A stretch of 64,000 nt of DNA from Escherichia coli (lineage in GTDB: Bacteria > Pseudomonadota > Gammaproteobacteria > Enterobacterales > Enterobacteriaceae). The notes beneath the pieces are model-generated. The model ran no database searches. It was not told the origin of the DNA and saw only the letters and a program-made list of their open reading frames with translations. Every line of letters begins with the position of its first letter. The first letter of the stretch is position 1. A program made the translations under genes and the position numbers. The stretch is taken from assembly GCF_003018255.1 (NCBI RefSeq), contig NZ_CP027440.1; one strand, given 5' to 3'. Positions 15,483 to 27,717 of this stretch are shown in pieces.

Positions 15483-18056
15483 TTACTGGACGGCGACAAT
15501 CCGGTCTTCATTAACTTCCAGGCGAATAACTTTACCCGGAACCAATTCACCAGACAGTATTTGCTGTGCCAGCGGGTTTTCGATCTGCTGCTGGATAGCA
15601 CGTTTCAGCGGACGTGCACCATAGACCGGATCGTAACCGTTCTCGCTCAGCAGTTTCAGCGCCTCGTCAGAAATGTGGATTTCATAACCACGTTCTTCCA
15701 GACGTTTGTACAGACGTTTCAACTGAATCTGCGCAATCGACGCAATGTGCTGTTCACCCAGCGGATGGAAGACCACCACTTCATCGATACGGTTAATGAA
15801 TTCCGGACGGAAGTTATGGCTTACCACACCGAGCACCAGCTCTTTCATGTGCGCATAATCCAGTTCACCGAAGCGTTCCTGAATCAAATCGGAACCGAGG
15901 TTAGAGGTCATAATGACAACCGTATTACGGAAGTCGACCGTTCTCCCCTGCCCGTCAGTCAGACGCCCATCATCCAGTACCTGCAACAGAATGTTGAAGA
16001 CATCCGGATGCGCTTTTTCCACTTCATCCAGCAGGATGACGGAATACGGACGACGACGCACAGCTTCGGTCAGGTAGCCACCTTCTTCATAACCGACATA
16101 TCCCGGAGGCGCACCAACCAGACGAGACACCGAGTGTTTCTCCATAAACTCGGACATATCGATACGGACCATCGCCTCGTCGCTATCAAACATAAAGTTC
16201 GCTAGCGCCTTACAAAGCTCAGTTTTCCCCACACCGGTTGGGCCGAGGAACAGGAATGAACCAATCGGGCGATTTGGATCCGCCAGCCCCGCACGGCTAC
16301 GACGAATAGCGTTAGATACCGCATCAACCGCTTCGTTCTGACCAATAACGCGATGGTGCAGTTCTTGCTCCATACGCAGCAGTTTTTCGCGCTCGCTTTC
16401 CATCATGCGAGAAACCGGAATCCCCGTCCAACGCGCCAGCACTTCAGCAATTTCGGCATCGGTCACTTTATTACGCAACAGACGCATAGTTTTGCCTTCG
16501 AGCTGCGTTGCGGCTTCCAGTTGCTTTTCCAGTTCCGGGATTTTGCCGTATTGCAGTTCAGACATCCGCGCCAGGTCCCCCACACGGCGAGCCTGTTCAA
16601 TAGCGATTTTCGCCTGTTCCAGTTCCGCTTTAATGGTCTGTGTACCAGAAAGCGATGCTTTCTCTGCTTTCCACTCTTCTTCTAACTCGGAGTACTGACG
16701 TTCTTTGTCGCTCAGTTCTTCGTTGAGCATATCCAGGCGTTTTTTACTGGCTTCATCAGACTCTTTCATTAACGCCTGTTGTTCCAGTTTGAGCTGAATG
16801 ATACGGCGATCGAGTCGGTCGAGTTCTTCTGGTTTTGAGTCAATCTGCATACGAATGCTGGATGCTGCCTCATCGATCAGGTCGATGGCTTTATCTGGCA
16901 GCTGACGGTCAGCAATGTAGCGATGAGACAACGTCGCCGCTGCAACAATTGCCGGGTCAGTAATTTGCACATGGTGGTGCAGTTCGTAACGTTCTTTTAA
17001 GCCACGCAGAATAGCAATGGTGTCTTCAACAGAAGGCTCGGCAACAAACACTTTCTGGAAACGACGCTCCAGCGCAGCATCTTTTTCGATGTACTGGCGA
17101 TATTCGTCAAGCGTCGTGGCACCTACGCAGTGCAATTCACCACGCGCCAGCGCCGGTTTCAGCATGTTTCCGGCGTCCATTGCGCCATCGGCTTTACCCG
17201 CACCGACCATGGTATGTAATTCGTCGATAAACAGGATGACGTTGCCTTCCTGTTTGGCAAGATCGTTAAGCACGCCTTTTAAACGTTCTTCAAACTCACC
17301 GCGATATTTCGCCCCAGCCACCAGCGCGCCCATATCCAGCGCCAGTACGCGGCGGCCTTTCAACCCTTCCGGCACTTCGCCGTTGATAATACGCTGCGCC
17401 AGACCTTCAACGATGGCAGTTTTACCGACACCGGGTTCACCAATCAGTACCGGGTTATTTTTAGTACGACGTTGCAGCACCTGAATGGTACGGCGAATTT
17501 CTTCATCACGACCAATCACCGGATCGAGTTTGCCCTGTTCGGCTCGTTCGGTAAGGTCGATGGTATATTTTTTCAAAGCCTGACGTTGGTCTTCAGCACC
17601 TTGATCGTTCACGCTTTCACCTCCACGCATTTGTTCAATCGCTTGAGTAATGTTGGCGGTGGTCGCCCCTGCTGCTTTCAGGATGTCGGCCAGCGTGCCG
17701 CGAGACTCAAGTGCCGCCAGAACGAACAGTTCTGACGAGATAAAGTTATCACCACGTTTTTGCGCCAGCTTGTCGCAAAGATTAAGAACGCGCACCAGAT
17801 CCTGTGATGGCTGGACATCACCACCAGTACCTTCAACCTGTGGTAAACGATTTAATGCCTGATTGATATCTGTGCGCAACTGGCCAGCATTAATGCCAGC
17901 GGATGTTAATAAAGGACTAACCGAACCCCCTTCCTGATTCAGCAGGGCGCTCATTAAATGAAGTGGTTCGATGAATTGGTTGTCGTGCCCGAGTGCAAGT
18001 GATTGGGCATCGGCAAGAGCAAGCTGGAATTTATTAGTAAGACGATCCAGACGCAT
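15483..18056 (-). CDS. clpB: ClpB disaggregase (Hsp100 AAA+ chaperone)
   Basis: ORF 15483..18068(-); start at [10 protein letters not shown] (857 aa); two AAA+ modules with Walker A GEPGVGKT and GPTGVGKT. Confidence 0.97.
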
Positions 18057-18085
18057 AACTCCTCCCATAACGGATCAAAGTTGCT

Positions 18086-18125
18086 ACTGGAGATTAAATG
18101 AGGTCATCCCTCAATTATTCAAGGT
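18086..18125 (-). promoter_or_regulatory. sigma32 heat-shock promoter of clpB
   Basis: minus strand CCTTGAATAATTGAGGGATGACCTCATTTA matches sigma32 -35 CTTGAA and -10 CCNCATNT. Confidence 0.7.
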
Positions 18126-18185
18126 TATTGACCAGATTAATGTGAAAAGAAAATCACGCGTACCGGATCGTCTTGATTCTTTAGG

Positions 18186-18917
18186 TTATATCAGCCAAAT
18201 GAAACTTGCCATACGACCGGTGGTCTTGTCGCGACGATAAGAGAAGAAAGTCTCATTTTCCGTATATGTACAACGGTCACCGCCGAAAATTTGTTCGACA
18301 CCGACGTTCGCCAGACGCTGCCGGGCAAGGAGATAAATATCCGCCAGATACTTATCACCATGCTGAATGAAAGCTGTACTCGCTTTGGCGTCTACTGCCA
18401 TAAACGCCTCGCGAACCTCCGCCCCCACTTCAAACGCGCGTGGACCAATTGCCGGCCCTAACCAGGCGAGAATATTTTCCGGATTATCAGCAAAACAGGA
18501 AACCGTCTCTTCCAGCACGCCTGAGCACAGTCCACGCCAGCCAGCATGAGCGGCGGCGACTTCCGTTCCCGCTCGATTGCAAAACAGCACGGGGAGGCAG
18601 TCGGCAGTCATCACTGCGCAAACCGTGCCCGGCGTGTTGCTATAAGAGGCATCTGCTCGTTTTGAGGCATAAGGTTCGCCAGTAAGCTTAAGCACATCTT
18701 TGCCGTGTACCTGCTCAAGCCAGACCGGTTTTGAAGGCAAATTGCCCGCAGCAAAAAGTCGCTTACGATTCTCTTCAACGTGATCCGGGTTATCGCCACA
18801 ATGAGCACCGAGGTTGAGCGAATCATACGGGGGCAAGCTCACGCCGCCGATACGAGTGGAGCTACAGGCCGCAACACCTTTTGGCAGCGGCCACTGCGGG
18901 ACAATCAGCTTACTCAT
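18186..18917 (-). CDS. pgeF: purine nucleoside phosphorylase / polyphenol oxidase-family protein PgeF (YfiH)
   Basis: 243-aa ORF, DUF152/YfiH family; start overlaps rluD stop (ATGA). Confidence 0.92.
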   Translation of the reverse strand: MSKLIVPQWPLPKGVAACSSTRIGGVSLPPYDSLNLGAHCGDNPDHVEENRKRLFAAGNLPSKPVWLEQVHGKDVLKLTGEPYASKRADASYSNTPGTVCAVMTADCLPVLFCNRAGTEVAAAHAGWRGLCSGVLEETVSCFADNPENILAWLGPAIGPRAFEVGAEVREAFMAVDAKASTAFIQHGDKYLADIYLLARQRLANVGVEQIFGGDRCTYTENETFFSYRRDKTTGRMASFIWLI

Positions 18918-19894
18918 AACCAGTCCACTTCATCCTTATGCTCTTCGAAATCGGCGCGCATCACCTCAATCAGCTCCACCATATCTTCTGGAATAGGCGC
19001 ATGCCATTCCATTTCGATACCGGAGATCGGGTGATAAAGACGCAGCATGGTTGCATGAAGCGCCTGGCGGTCAAACTTACGCAGCGTGGAGATAAACGCT
19101 TCCGAAGCACCTTTTGGCGGACGCGGACGGCCACCATAAACCGGATCGCCCACCAGCGGATGAGTGATATGGGCCATATGCACGCGGATCTGGTGCGTAC
19201 GTCCGGTTTCCAGACGCAACCGCAGACGCGTGTGCACACGGAAGTGTTCCATGATGCGATAGTGAGTGACCGCCGGTTTACCCATCGGATGCACCGCCAT
19301 GTGAGTACGTTTGGTCGGGTGGCGGCTGATTGGTTCATCTACTGTACCGCCAGCGGTCATATGACCAATTGCCACCGCTTCATACTCACGAGTAATTTCA
19401 CGCCGTTGCAAAGATTCGACTAAACGCGTCTGAGCCGGAACGGTTTTTGCCACAACCATCAGGCCGGTGGTGTCTTTATCCAGACGATGGACGATGCCCG
19501 CACGCGGTACATCGGCAATGGGCGGATAATAATGAAGCAACGCATTCAGTACCGTACCATCCGGGTTACCCGCGCCAGGATGTACCACCAGGTCGCGTGG
19601 TTTATTAATGACGATGATATCTTCATCTTCATAGACGATATCCAGCGGGATATCCTGCGGTTCAAAACGCGCTTCTTCTTCAATCTCAGCGTTGATGGCC
19701 ACCTGCTCGCCACCCAATACTTTTTCTTTCGGCTTATCACAAACTTTGCCGTTAACCAGCACGCGCTGGTCGAGGATCCATTCTTTTATTCGCGAACGTG
19801 AATAATCCGGGAACATTTCGGCCAAAGCCTGATCTAAGCGTTGACCGAGTTGGTTTTCGGACACCGTTGCAGTGAGCTGTACTCGTTGTGCCAT
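18914..19894 (-). CDS. rluD: 23S rRNA pseudouridine(1911/1915/1917) synthase RluD
   Basis: 326-aa ORF; S4 domain plus RluA-family catalytic motif HRLDKDTTG. Confidence 0.96.
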   Translation of the reverse strand: MAQRVQLTATVSENQLGQRLDQALAEMFPDYSRSRIKEWILDQRVLVNGKVCDKPKEKVLGGEQVAINAEIEEEARFEPQDIPLDIVYEDEDIIVINKPRDLVVHPGAGNPDGTVLNALLHYYPPIADVPRAGIVHRLDKDTTGLMVVAKTVPAQTRLVESLQRREITREYEAVAIGHMTAGGTVDEPISRHPTKRTHMAVHPMGKPAVTHYRIMEHFRVHTRLRLRLETGRTHQIRVHMAHITHPLVGDPVYGGRPRPPKGASEAFISTLRKFDRQALHATMLRLYHPISGIEMEWHAPIPEDMVELIEVMRADFEEHKDEVDWL

Positions 19895-20028
19895 ATATAC
19901 TGCTTCTTCGTTTATCGTTGGGGTTTTACGGCTTTGCCGTTTAATATAGTGTGCTATTGTAGCTGGTCTTAACCGGGAGCAGGAACAGAGAATCTCCCGT
20001 ATTACATTTTGAGGAAAGTCAAAACGTC

Positions 20029-20766
20029 ATGACGCGCATGAAATATCTGGTGGCAGCCGCCACACTAAGCCTGTTTTTGGCGGGTTGCTCGGGGTCAAAG
20101 GAAGAAGTACCTGATAATCCGCCAAATGAAATTTACGCGACTGCACAACAAAAGCTGCAGGACGGTAACTGGAGACAGGCAATAACGCAACTGGAAGCGT
20201 TAGATAATCGCTATCCGTTTGGTCCGTATTCGCAGCAGGTGCAGCTGGATCTCATCTACGCCTACTATAAAAACGCCGATTTGCCGTTAGCACAGGCTGC
20301 CATCGATCGTTTTATTCGCCTTAACCCGACCCATCCGAATATCGATTATGTCATGTACATGCGTGGCCTGACCAATATGGCGCTGGATGACAGTGCGCTG
20401 CAAGGGTTCTTTGGCGTTGACCGTAGCGATCGCGATCCTCAACATGCACGAGCTGCGTTTAGTGACTTTTCCAAACTGGTGCGCGGCTATCCGAACAGTC
20501 AGTACACCACCGATGCCACCAAACGTCTGGTATTCCTGAAAGATCGTCTGGCGAAATATGAATACTCCGTTGCCGAGTACTATACAGAACGTGGTGCATG
20601 GGTTGCCGTCGTTAACCGCGTAGAAGGCATGTTGCGCGACTACCCGGATACCCAGGCTACGCGTGATGCGCTGCCGCTGATGGAAAATGCATACCGTCAG
20701 ATGCAGTTGAATGCGCAAGCTGAAAAAGTAGCGAAAATCATCGCCGCAAACAGCAGCAATACATAA
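20029..20766 (+). CDS. bamD: outer membrane protein assembly factor BamD (YfiO)
   Basis: 245-aa ORF; lipobox LAGCSG; TPR-like repeats. Confidence 0.96.
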   Translation: MTRMKYLVAAATLSLFLAGCSGSKEEVPDNPPNEIYATAQQKLQDGNWRQAITQLEALDNRYPFGPYSQQVQLDLIYAYYKNADLPLAQAAIDRFIRLNPTHPNIDYVMYMRGLTNMALDDSALQGFFGVDRSDRDPQHARAAFSDFSKLVRGYPNSQYTTDATKRLVFLKDRLAKYEYSVAEYYTERGAWVAVVNRVEGMLRDYPDTQATRDALPLMENAYRQMQLNAQAEKVAKIIAANSSNT

Positions 20767-20803
20767 CAGAAACCTGAAACACAAAACGGCAGCCCTTGAG
20801 CTG

Positions 20804-22230
20804 TAATGCCGATCAGTTAAGGATCAGTTGACCGATCCAGTGGCTGTGTAAGAATCCGGAAACGCTCACTTGTTTCCGGATTTTTTTATGCACATTGGAC
20901 AGGCTCTTGATCTGGTATCCCGTTACGATTCTCTGCGTAACCCACTGACTTCTCTGGGGGATTACCTCGACCCCGAACTCATCTCTCGTTGCCTTGCCGA
21001 ATCAGGTACTGTAACGCTACGCAAGCGCCGTCTTCCCCTCGAAATGATGGTCTGGTGTATTGTTGGCATGGCGCTTGAGCGTAAAGAACCTCTTCACCAG
21101 ATTGTGAATCGCCTGGACATCATGCTGCCGGGCAATCGCCCCTTCGTTGCCCCCCAGTGCCGTTATTCAGGCCCGCCAGCGCCTGGGAAGTGAGGCTGTC
21201 CGCCGCGTGTTCACGAAAACAGCGCAGCTCTGGCATAACGCCACGCCGCATCCGCACTGGTGCGGCCTGACCCTGCTGGCCATCGATGGTGTGTTCTGGC
21301 GCACACCGGATACACCAGAGAACGATGCAGCCTTCCCCCGCCAGACACATGCCGGGAACCCGGCGCTCTACCCGCAGGTCAAAATGGTCTGCCAGATGGA
21401 ACTGACCAGCCATCTGCTGACGGCTGCAGCCTTCGGCACGATGAAGAACAGCGAAAATGAGCTTGCTGAGCAACTTATAGAACAAACCGGCGATAACACT
21501 CTGACGTTAATGGATAAAGGTTATTACTCACTGGGACTGTTAAATGCCTGGAGCCTGGCGGGAGAACACCGCCACTGGATGATACCTCTCAGAAAGGGAG
21601 CGCAATATGAAGAGATCAGAAAACTGGGTAAAGGCGATCATCTGGTGAAGCTGAAAACCAGCCCGCAGGCACGAAAAAAGTGGCCGGGACTGGGAAATGA
21701 AGTGACAGCCCGCCTGCTGACCGTGACGCGCAAAGGAAAAGTCTGCCATCTGCTGACGTCGATGACGGACGCCATGCGCTTCCCCGGAGGAGAAATGGCG
21801 GATCTGTACAGTCATCGCTGGGAAATCGAACTGGGATACAGGGAGATAAAACAGACGATGCAACTGAGCAGGCTGACGCTGAGAAGTAAAAAGCCGGAGC
21901 TTGTGGAGCAAGAGCTGTGGGGTGTCTTACTGGCTTATAATCTGGTGAGATATCAGATGATTAAAATGGCGGAACATCTGAAAGGTTACTGGCCGAATCA
22001 ACTGAGTTTCTCAGAATCATGCGGAATGGTGATGAGAATGCTGATGACATTGCAGGGCGCTTCACCGGGACGTATACCGGAGCTGATGCGCGATCTTGCA
22101 AGTATGGGACAACTTGTGAAATTACCGACAAGAAGGGAAAGGGCCTTCCCGAGAGTGGTAAAGGAGAGGCCCTGGAAATACCCCACAGCCCCGAAAAAGA
22201 GCCAGTCAGTTGCTTAACTGATCGGCATTA
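20804..22230 (+). mobile_element. IS4 insertion sequence (1427 bp) with 18-bp terminal inverted repeats
   Basis: ends taatgccgatcagttaag (20804-20821) and cttaactgatcggcatta (22213-22230) are perfect inverted repeats; flanked by direct repeat (c)agcccttgagctg at 20790-20803 and 22231-22244; encodes IS4-type (DDE) transposase. Confidence 0.92.
20888..22217 (+). pseudogene. insG: IS4 transposase (InsG-like), frame interrupted by +1 C in homopolymer run
   Basis: ORFs 20870..21193 and 21147..22217 lie in different frames; their translations join as ...[17 protein letters not shown]... if one C is removed from the C6 run at 21150-21155. Confidence 0.8.
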
Positions 22231-22423
22231 CAGCCCTTGAGCTGCCGTTTTTTTATTCTGTTAGTTGTGAAACTGAAGCGATTTAGTCACTATCGATCTC
22301 ATCAAATATGGCTCGCTTTGAGATATTCCTCAAGTAAAAAAACACCTCTTCCTGCGATTTCTCACAAAAAAGATTCGTTGACAAAAAGTGACAAAATTAT
22401 GAGATTTCCATCACACATTTTGA

Positions 22424-22819
<396 letters not shown>

Positions 22820-22922
22820 TCCTTTATATTGAGTGTATCGCCAACGCGCCTTCGGGCGCGTTTTTTGTTGACAGCGTGAAAACAGTACGGGTACTGTACT
22901 AAAGTCACTTAAGGAAACAAAC

Positions 22923-22970
22923 ATGAAACACACACCGTTTTTCTTCGCATTCTTTTTTACCTTCCCCTGA
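22923..22970 (+). CDS. pheL: pheA leader peptide
   Basis: 15-codon ORF MKHTPFFFAFFFTFP* with seven Phe codons, directly upstream of an attenuator hairpin. Confidence 0.9.
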   Translation: MKHTPFFFAFFFTFP

Positions 22971-23017
22971 ATGGGAGGCGTTTCGTCGTGTGAAACAGAA
23001 TGCGAAGACGAACAATA

Positions 23018-23046
23018 AGGCCTCCCAAATCGGGGGGCCTTTTTTA
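23018..23046 (+). terminator. pheA attenuator terminator
   Basis: hairpin aggcctccc-aaatc-ggggggcct followed by TTTTTT between pheL and pheA. Confidence 0.85.
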
Positions 23047-23068
23047 TTGATAACAAAAAGGCAACACT

Positions 23069-24229
23069 ATGACATCGGAAAACCCGTTACTGGCGCTGCG
23101 AGAGAAAATCAGCGCGCTGGATGAAAAATTATTAGCATTACTGGCAGAGCGACGCGAACTGGCCGTCGAGGTGGGAAAAGCCAAACTGCTCTCGCATCGC
23201 CCGGTACGTGATATTGATCGTGAACGCGATTTGCTGGAAAGATTAATTACGCTCGGTAAAGCGCACCATCTGGACGCCCATTACATTACTCGCCTGTTCC
23301 AGCTCATCATTGAAGATTCCGTATTAACTCAGCAGGCTTTGCTCCAGCAACATCTCAATAAAATTAATCCGCACTCAGCACGCATCGCTTTTCTCGGCCC
23401 CAAAGGTTCTTATTCCCATCTTGCGGCGCGCCAGTATGCTGCCCGTCACTTTGAGCAATTCATTGAAAGTGGCTGCGCCAAATTTGCCGATATTTTTAAT
23501 CAGGTGGAAACCGGCCAGGCCGACTATGCCGTCGTACCGATTGAAAATACCAGCTCCGGTGCCATAAATGACGTTTACGATCTGCTGCAACATACCAGTT
23601 TGTCGATTGTTGGCGAGATGACGTTAACTATCGACCATTGTTTGTTGGTCTCCGGCACTACTGATTTATCCACCATCAATACGGTCTACAGCCATCCGCA
23701 GCCATTCCAGCAATGCAGCAAATTCCTTAATCGTTATCCGCAATGGAAGATTGAATATACCGAAAGTACGTCTGCGGCAATGGAAAAGGTTGCACAGGCA
23801 AAATCACCGCATGTTGCTGCGTTGGGAAGCGAAGCTGGCGGCACTTTGTACGGTTTGCAGGTACTGGAGCGTATTGAAGCGAATCAGCGACAAAACTTCA
23901 CCCGATTTGTGGTGTTGGCACGTAAAGCCATTAACGTGTCTGACCAGGTTCCAGCGAAAACGACGTTGTTAATGGCGACCGGGCAACAAGCTGGTGCGCT
24001 GGTTGAAGCGTTGCTGGTACTGCGCAACCACAATCTGATTATGACCCGTCTGGAGTCACGCCCGATTCACGGTAATCCATGGGAAGAGATGTTTTATCTG
24101 GATATTCAGGCCAATCTTGAATCAGCGGAAATGCAAAAAGCATTGAAAGAGTTAGGGGACATCACCCGTTCGATGAAGGTATTGGGCTGTTACCCAAGTG
24201 AGAACGTAGTGCCTGTTGATCCAACCTGA
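23069..24229 (+). CDS. pheA: bifunctional chorismate mutase / prephenate dehydratase
   Basis: 386-aa ORF with CM, PDT and ACT regions. Confidence 0.97.
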   Translation: MTSENPLLALREKISALDEKLLALLAERRELAVEVGKAKLLSHRPVRDIDRERDLLERLITLGKAHHLDAHYITRLFQLIIEDSVLTQQALLQQHLNKINPHSARIAFLGPKGSYSHLAARQYAARHFEQFIESGCAKFADIFNQVETGQADYAVVPIENTSSGAINDVYDLLQHTSLSIVGEMTLTIDHCLLVSGTTDLSTINTVYSHPQPFQQCSKFLNRYPQWKIEYTESTSAAMEKVAQAKSPHVAALGSEAGGTLYGLQVLERIEANQRQNFTRFVVLARKAINVSDQVPAKTTLLMATGQQAGALVEALLVLRNHNLIMTRLESRPIHGNPWEEMFYLDIQANLESAEMQKALKELGDITRSMKVLGCYPSENVVPVDPT

Positions 24230-24271
24230 TGAAAAGGTGCCGGATGATGTGAATCACCCGGCACTGGATTA

Positions 24272-25393
24272 TTAGTGACGGTTGTCATTCGCCTGACGCA
24301 ATAACACGCGGCTTTCACTCTGAAAACGCTGTGCGTAATCGCCGAACCAGTGCTCCACCTTGCGGAAACTGTCAATAAACGCCTGCTTATCGCCCTGCTC
24401 CAGCAACTCAATCGCCTCGCCGAAACGCTTATAGTAACGTTTGATTAACGCCAGATTACGCTCTGACGACATAATAATGTCGGCATACAGTTGCGGATCC
24501 TGGGCAAACAGTCGCCCAACCATCGCCAGCTCAAGGCGGTAAATCGGCGAAGAAAGCGCCAGAAGTTGCTCAAGCTGAACATTTTCTTCTGCCAGGTGCA
24601 GCCCATAAGCAAAAGTAGCAAAGTGGCGCAGTGCCTGAATAAACGCCATATTCTGATCGTGCTCGACAGCGCTAATACGATGCAGCCGAGCGCCCCAGAC
24701 CTGAATTTGCTCCAGAAACCATTGGTATGCTTCCGGCTTACGTCCATCACACCAGACCACAACTTGTTTTGCCAGGCTACCGCTGTCCGGGCCGAACATC
24801 GGGTGTAACCCCAGCACCGGACCATCATGCGCCGCCAGCATGGCCTGTAATGGTCCATTTTTCACCGATGCCAGATCGACCAGAATACAATCTTTCGGTA
24901 AAGGCGGTAATTTGCCAATAACTTGTTCAGTAACGTGGATGGGCACACTAACAATCACCATTCCGGCATCGGCAACTATCTCAGCCGCTCGATCCCAGTC
25001 ATGTTGCTCCAGAATCCGCACCTGATAACCCGATAGTGTCAGCATCTTCTCGAACAGGCGTCCCATCTGACCGCCACCGCCGACGATAACCACCGGGCGC
25101 AGTGACGGACAAAGCGTTTTAAATCCTTTGTCGTTTTCACTGGAGTAAGATTCACGCATCACCCGACGCAAAACATCCTCAATCAGATCTGGCGGTACAC
25201 CCAGAGCTTCCGCCTCTGCACGACGCGAGGCCAACATAGATGCCTCGCGCTCCGGAACATAAATAGGCAGTCCAAAGCGGCTTTTCACCTCGCCCACTTC
25301 AGCAACCAGTTCCAGACGCTTCGCTAATAAATTCAGCAGCGCTTTATCGACTTCATCAATTTGATCGCGTAATGCGGTCAATTCAGCAACCAT
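24272..25393 (-). CDS. tyrA: bifunctional chorismate mutase / prephenate dehydrogenase
   Basis: 373-aa [23 protein letters not shown]... Confidence 0.97.
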   Translation of the reverse strand: MVAELTALRDQIDEVDKALLNLLAKRLELVAEVGEVKSRFGLPIYVPEREASMLASRRAEAEALGVPPDLIEDVLRRVMRESYSSENDKGFKTLCPSLRPVVIVGGGGQMGRLFEKMLTLSGYQVRILEQHDWDRAAEIVADAGMVIVSVPIHVTEQVIGKLPPLPKDCILVDLASVKNGPLQAMLAAHDGPVLGLHPMFGPDSGSLAKQVVVWCDGRKPEAYQWFLEQIQVWGARLHRISAVEHDQNMAFIQALRHFATFAYGLHLAEENVQLEQLLALSSPIYRLELAMVGRLFAQDPQLYADIIMSSERNLALIKRYYKRFGEAIELLEQGDKQAFIDSFRKVEHWFGDYAQRFQSESRVLLRQANDNRH

Positions 25394-25403
25394 AATAAAC
25401 CTC

Positions 25404-26474
25404 TTAAGCCACGCGAGCCGTCAGCTGCCCGTTCAGATCCTGATGAATTTCACGCAGCAAGGCATCGGTCATTTCCCAGCTAATGCAGGCATCGGTTACG
25501 GATACACCGTATTTCATTTCACTGCGCGGTTGCTCGGAAGACTGATTGCCCTCGTGGATATTACTTTCGATCATCAGACCAATAATTGAGCGATTGCCAT
25601 CTTTGATTTGAGCAACCACGGATTCTGCCACCGCAGGCTGACGGCGATAATCTTTATTGGAATTACCGTGGCTGCAATCTACCATCAGAGACGGGCGCAG
25701 TCCCGCCTGTTCCATCTCTTTTTCACATTGCGCAACATCCGCAGGGCTATAGTTCGGCGCTTTACCACCGCGCAGGATCACATGCCCGTCCGGATTCCCC
25801 TGAGTTTGTAGCAACGCCACCTGCCCTGCCTGGTTAATGCCAACAAAACGGTGCGGCTGGGCGGCGGCACGCATAGCGTTAATAGCCGTTGCAAGGCTGC
25901 CGTCGGTGCCGTTTTTAAAACCAACCGGCATGGAAAGCCCGGAGGCCATTTCACGGTGTGTTTGCGATTCCGTTGTACGAGCACCAATTGCTGACCAGCT
26001 AAACAGATCGCCCAGGTATTGCGGGCTATTCGGATCTAACGCTTCCGTCGCCAGTGGCAGTCCCATATTCACCAGCTCAAGCAGCAATTTACGCGCGATC
26101 TGCAGCCCGGCTTCTACATCAAAAGAGCCATCCATATGGGGATCGTTAATCAACCCTTTCCAACCGACAGTGGTACGGGGTTTTTCAAAATAGACGCGCA
26201 TTACCAGATAGAGGCTATCGCTGACCTCTGCGGCAAGGGCTTTAAATCGACGAGCATATTCCAGAGCAGTTTCCGGATCATGAATGGAACAAGGACCACA
26301 TACTACCAACAGACGAGGATCGCGCCCGGCGATAATATCTGAAATGGTTTTACGCGAGTCAGCAATCTGGGCTTCCTGTTGCAGGCTTAATGGAAAAGCG
26401 GCCTTCAGTTGTTCCGGAGTCATTAAAACTTGTTCGTCGGTAATATGTACGTTATTCAGCGCGTCTTTTTGCAT
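25404..26474 (-). CDS. aroF: DAHP synthase, Tyr-sensitive
   Basis: ORF 25404..26543(-); start at [11 protein letters not shown] (356 aa). Confidence 0.95.
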   Translation of the reverse strand: MQKDALNNVHITDEQVLMTPEQLKAAFPLSLQQEAQIADSRKTISDIIAGRDPRLLVVCGPCSIHDPETALEYARRFKALAAEVSDSLYLVMRVYFEKPRTTVGWKGLINDPHMDGSFDVEAGLQIARKLLLELVNMGLPLATEALDPNSPQYLGDLFSWSAIGARTTESQTHREMASGLSMPVGFKNGTDGSLATAINAMRAAAQPHRFVGINQAGQVALLQTQGNPDGHVILRGGKAPNYSPADVAQCEKEMEQAGLRPSLMVDCSHGNSNKDYRRQPAVAESVVAQIKDGNRSIIGLMIESNIHEGNQSSEQPRSEMKYGVSVTDACISWEMTDALLREIHQDLNGQLTARVA

Positions 26475-26544
26475 GATGGCGATCCTGTTTATGCTCGTTT
26501 GCGATAGTTGATCCTCAGCGAGGATGACGTAACGATAACACATA

Positions 26545-26640
26545 AAGTAAAGTTTTCAATCCATATTTCGTACATTTTTCTTTACACAAGCAATTTATTC
26601 GCGCTTTTAACCCTTGTTTATGTATAAATAAATTTACACC
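26545..26640 (-). promoter_or_regulatory. aroF promoter region with TyrR-box-like palindromes
   Basis: TGTAAA-N6-TTTACA-like motifs (cgtacatttttctttaca; tgtataaataaatttaca) upstream of aroF. Confidence 0.45.
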
Positions 26641-26683
26641 ACCTTTGAAAACAATCCGCTATGCTTTGAAAAAGGAGAAAGAA

Positions 26684-27049
26684 ATGATGAAAAAGTTTAT
26701 CGCCCCCTTGTTGGCTTTACTGGTTAGCGGATGTCAGATTGATCCTTATACTCACGCGCCAACCTTGACCAGCACCGACTGGTATGATGTTGGTATGGAA
26801 GATGCGATATCGGGCAACGCCATAAAAGATGACGATGCATTTAGCGATTCACAGGCGGATCGCGGTCTATACCTTAAAGGATATGCCGAAGGACAAAAGA
26901 AAACTTGCCAGACCGATTTTACTTATGCCCGAGGACTTTCCGGTAAAAGCTTTCCTGCCAGCTGCAACAATGTTGAAAATGCCAGCCAACTGCATGAAGT
27001 ATGGCAAAAAGGGGCTGATGAAAATGCCAGCACAATACGATTAAATTAA
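26684..27049 (+). CDS. yfiL: lipoprotein YfiL
   Basis: ORF 26645..27049; start at MMKKFIAPLLALLVSGC preceded by AAGGAG; lipobox. Confidence 0.85.
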   Translation: MMKKFIAPLLALLVSGCQIDPYTHAPTLTSTDWYDVGMEDAISGNAIKDDDAFSDSQADRGLYLKGYAEGQKKTCQTDFTYARGLSGKSFPASCNNVENASQLHEVWQKGADENASTIRLN

Positions 27050-27198
27050 TTAAACCCCCACAAATAAATTAAACATGAGATTCTACTCATTGTGTTTTAT
27101 TTCTCACATTGATGACGACCGCATGAAAGAATGATATTTTAATGAGCATTCTGAAAAAATATCGATGCATTTCGAGCGAAGATGGTGAGGATCCCTGA

Positions 27199-27717
27199 AT
27201 GCGTTTTTCTCACCGACTGTTCTTACTGCTGATTCTCCTGCTGACGGGAGCACCAATACTCGCTCAGGAACCTTCTGACGTTGCGAAAAACGTGCGTATG
27301 ATGGTTTCCGGTATTGTCAGTTACACCCGCTGGCCTGCGCTATCAGGGCCACCAAAGTTATGTATCTTTTCATCTTCACATTTTAGTAACGCCCTACAAG
27401 AGAATGGCACGACATCTTTGCCTTATCTACCTGTCATCATTCACACTCAACAAGAGGCGATGATTTCAGGCTGCAATGGTTTTTATTTTGGCAACGAGTC
27501 ACCGACATTCCAGATGGAATTAACCGAACAATATCCGTCAAAGGCGTTATTATTAATTGCCGAACAAAATACCGAGTGCATTATTGGTAGCGCCTTTTGT
27601 CTAATCATCCACAATAATGACGTCAGATTTGCCGTAAACCTGGATGCCTTATCGCGTAGCGGTGTAAAGGTCAACCCGGATGTCTTAATGCTCGCACGGA
27701 AGAAAAATGATGGATAA
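27199..27717 (+). CDS. yfiR: periplasmic repressor of DgcN, YfiR
   Basis: 172-aa ORF with signal peptide; first gene of yfiR-dgcN-yfiB module. Confidence 0.93.
   Translation: MRFSHRLFLLLILLLTGAPILAQEPSDVAKNVRMMVSGIVSYTRWPALSGPPKLCIFSSSHFSNALQENGTTSLPYLPVIIHTQQEAMISGCNGFYFGNESPTFQMELTEQYPSKALLLIAEQNTECIIGSAFCLIIHNNDVRFAVNLDALSRSGVKVNPDVLMLARKKNDG

Noticed and set aside
15483..18068. Longer N-terminal extensions offered by the ORF track (clp[11 protein letters not shown], aroF, gabP, csiD, lhgO, alaE, rpsP and others)
   Set aside because: Upstream in-frame starts lack ribosome-binding sites and the conserved N-termini begin at the internal Met; canonical starts were used.
20870..22217. Programmed ribosomal frameshifting in the IS4 transposase (as in IS1/IS3 families)
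   Set aside because: IS4-family transposases are single-ORF; the break is a +1 base in a C-run with no slippery heptamer or downstream structure, and removing one base restores the uninterrupted protein.
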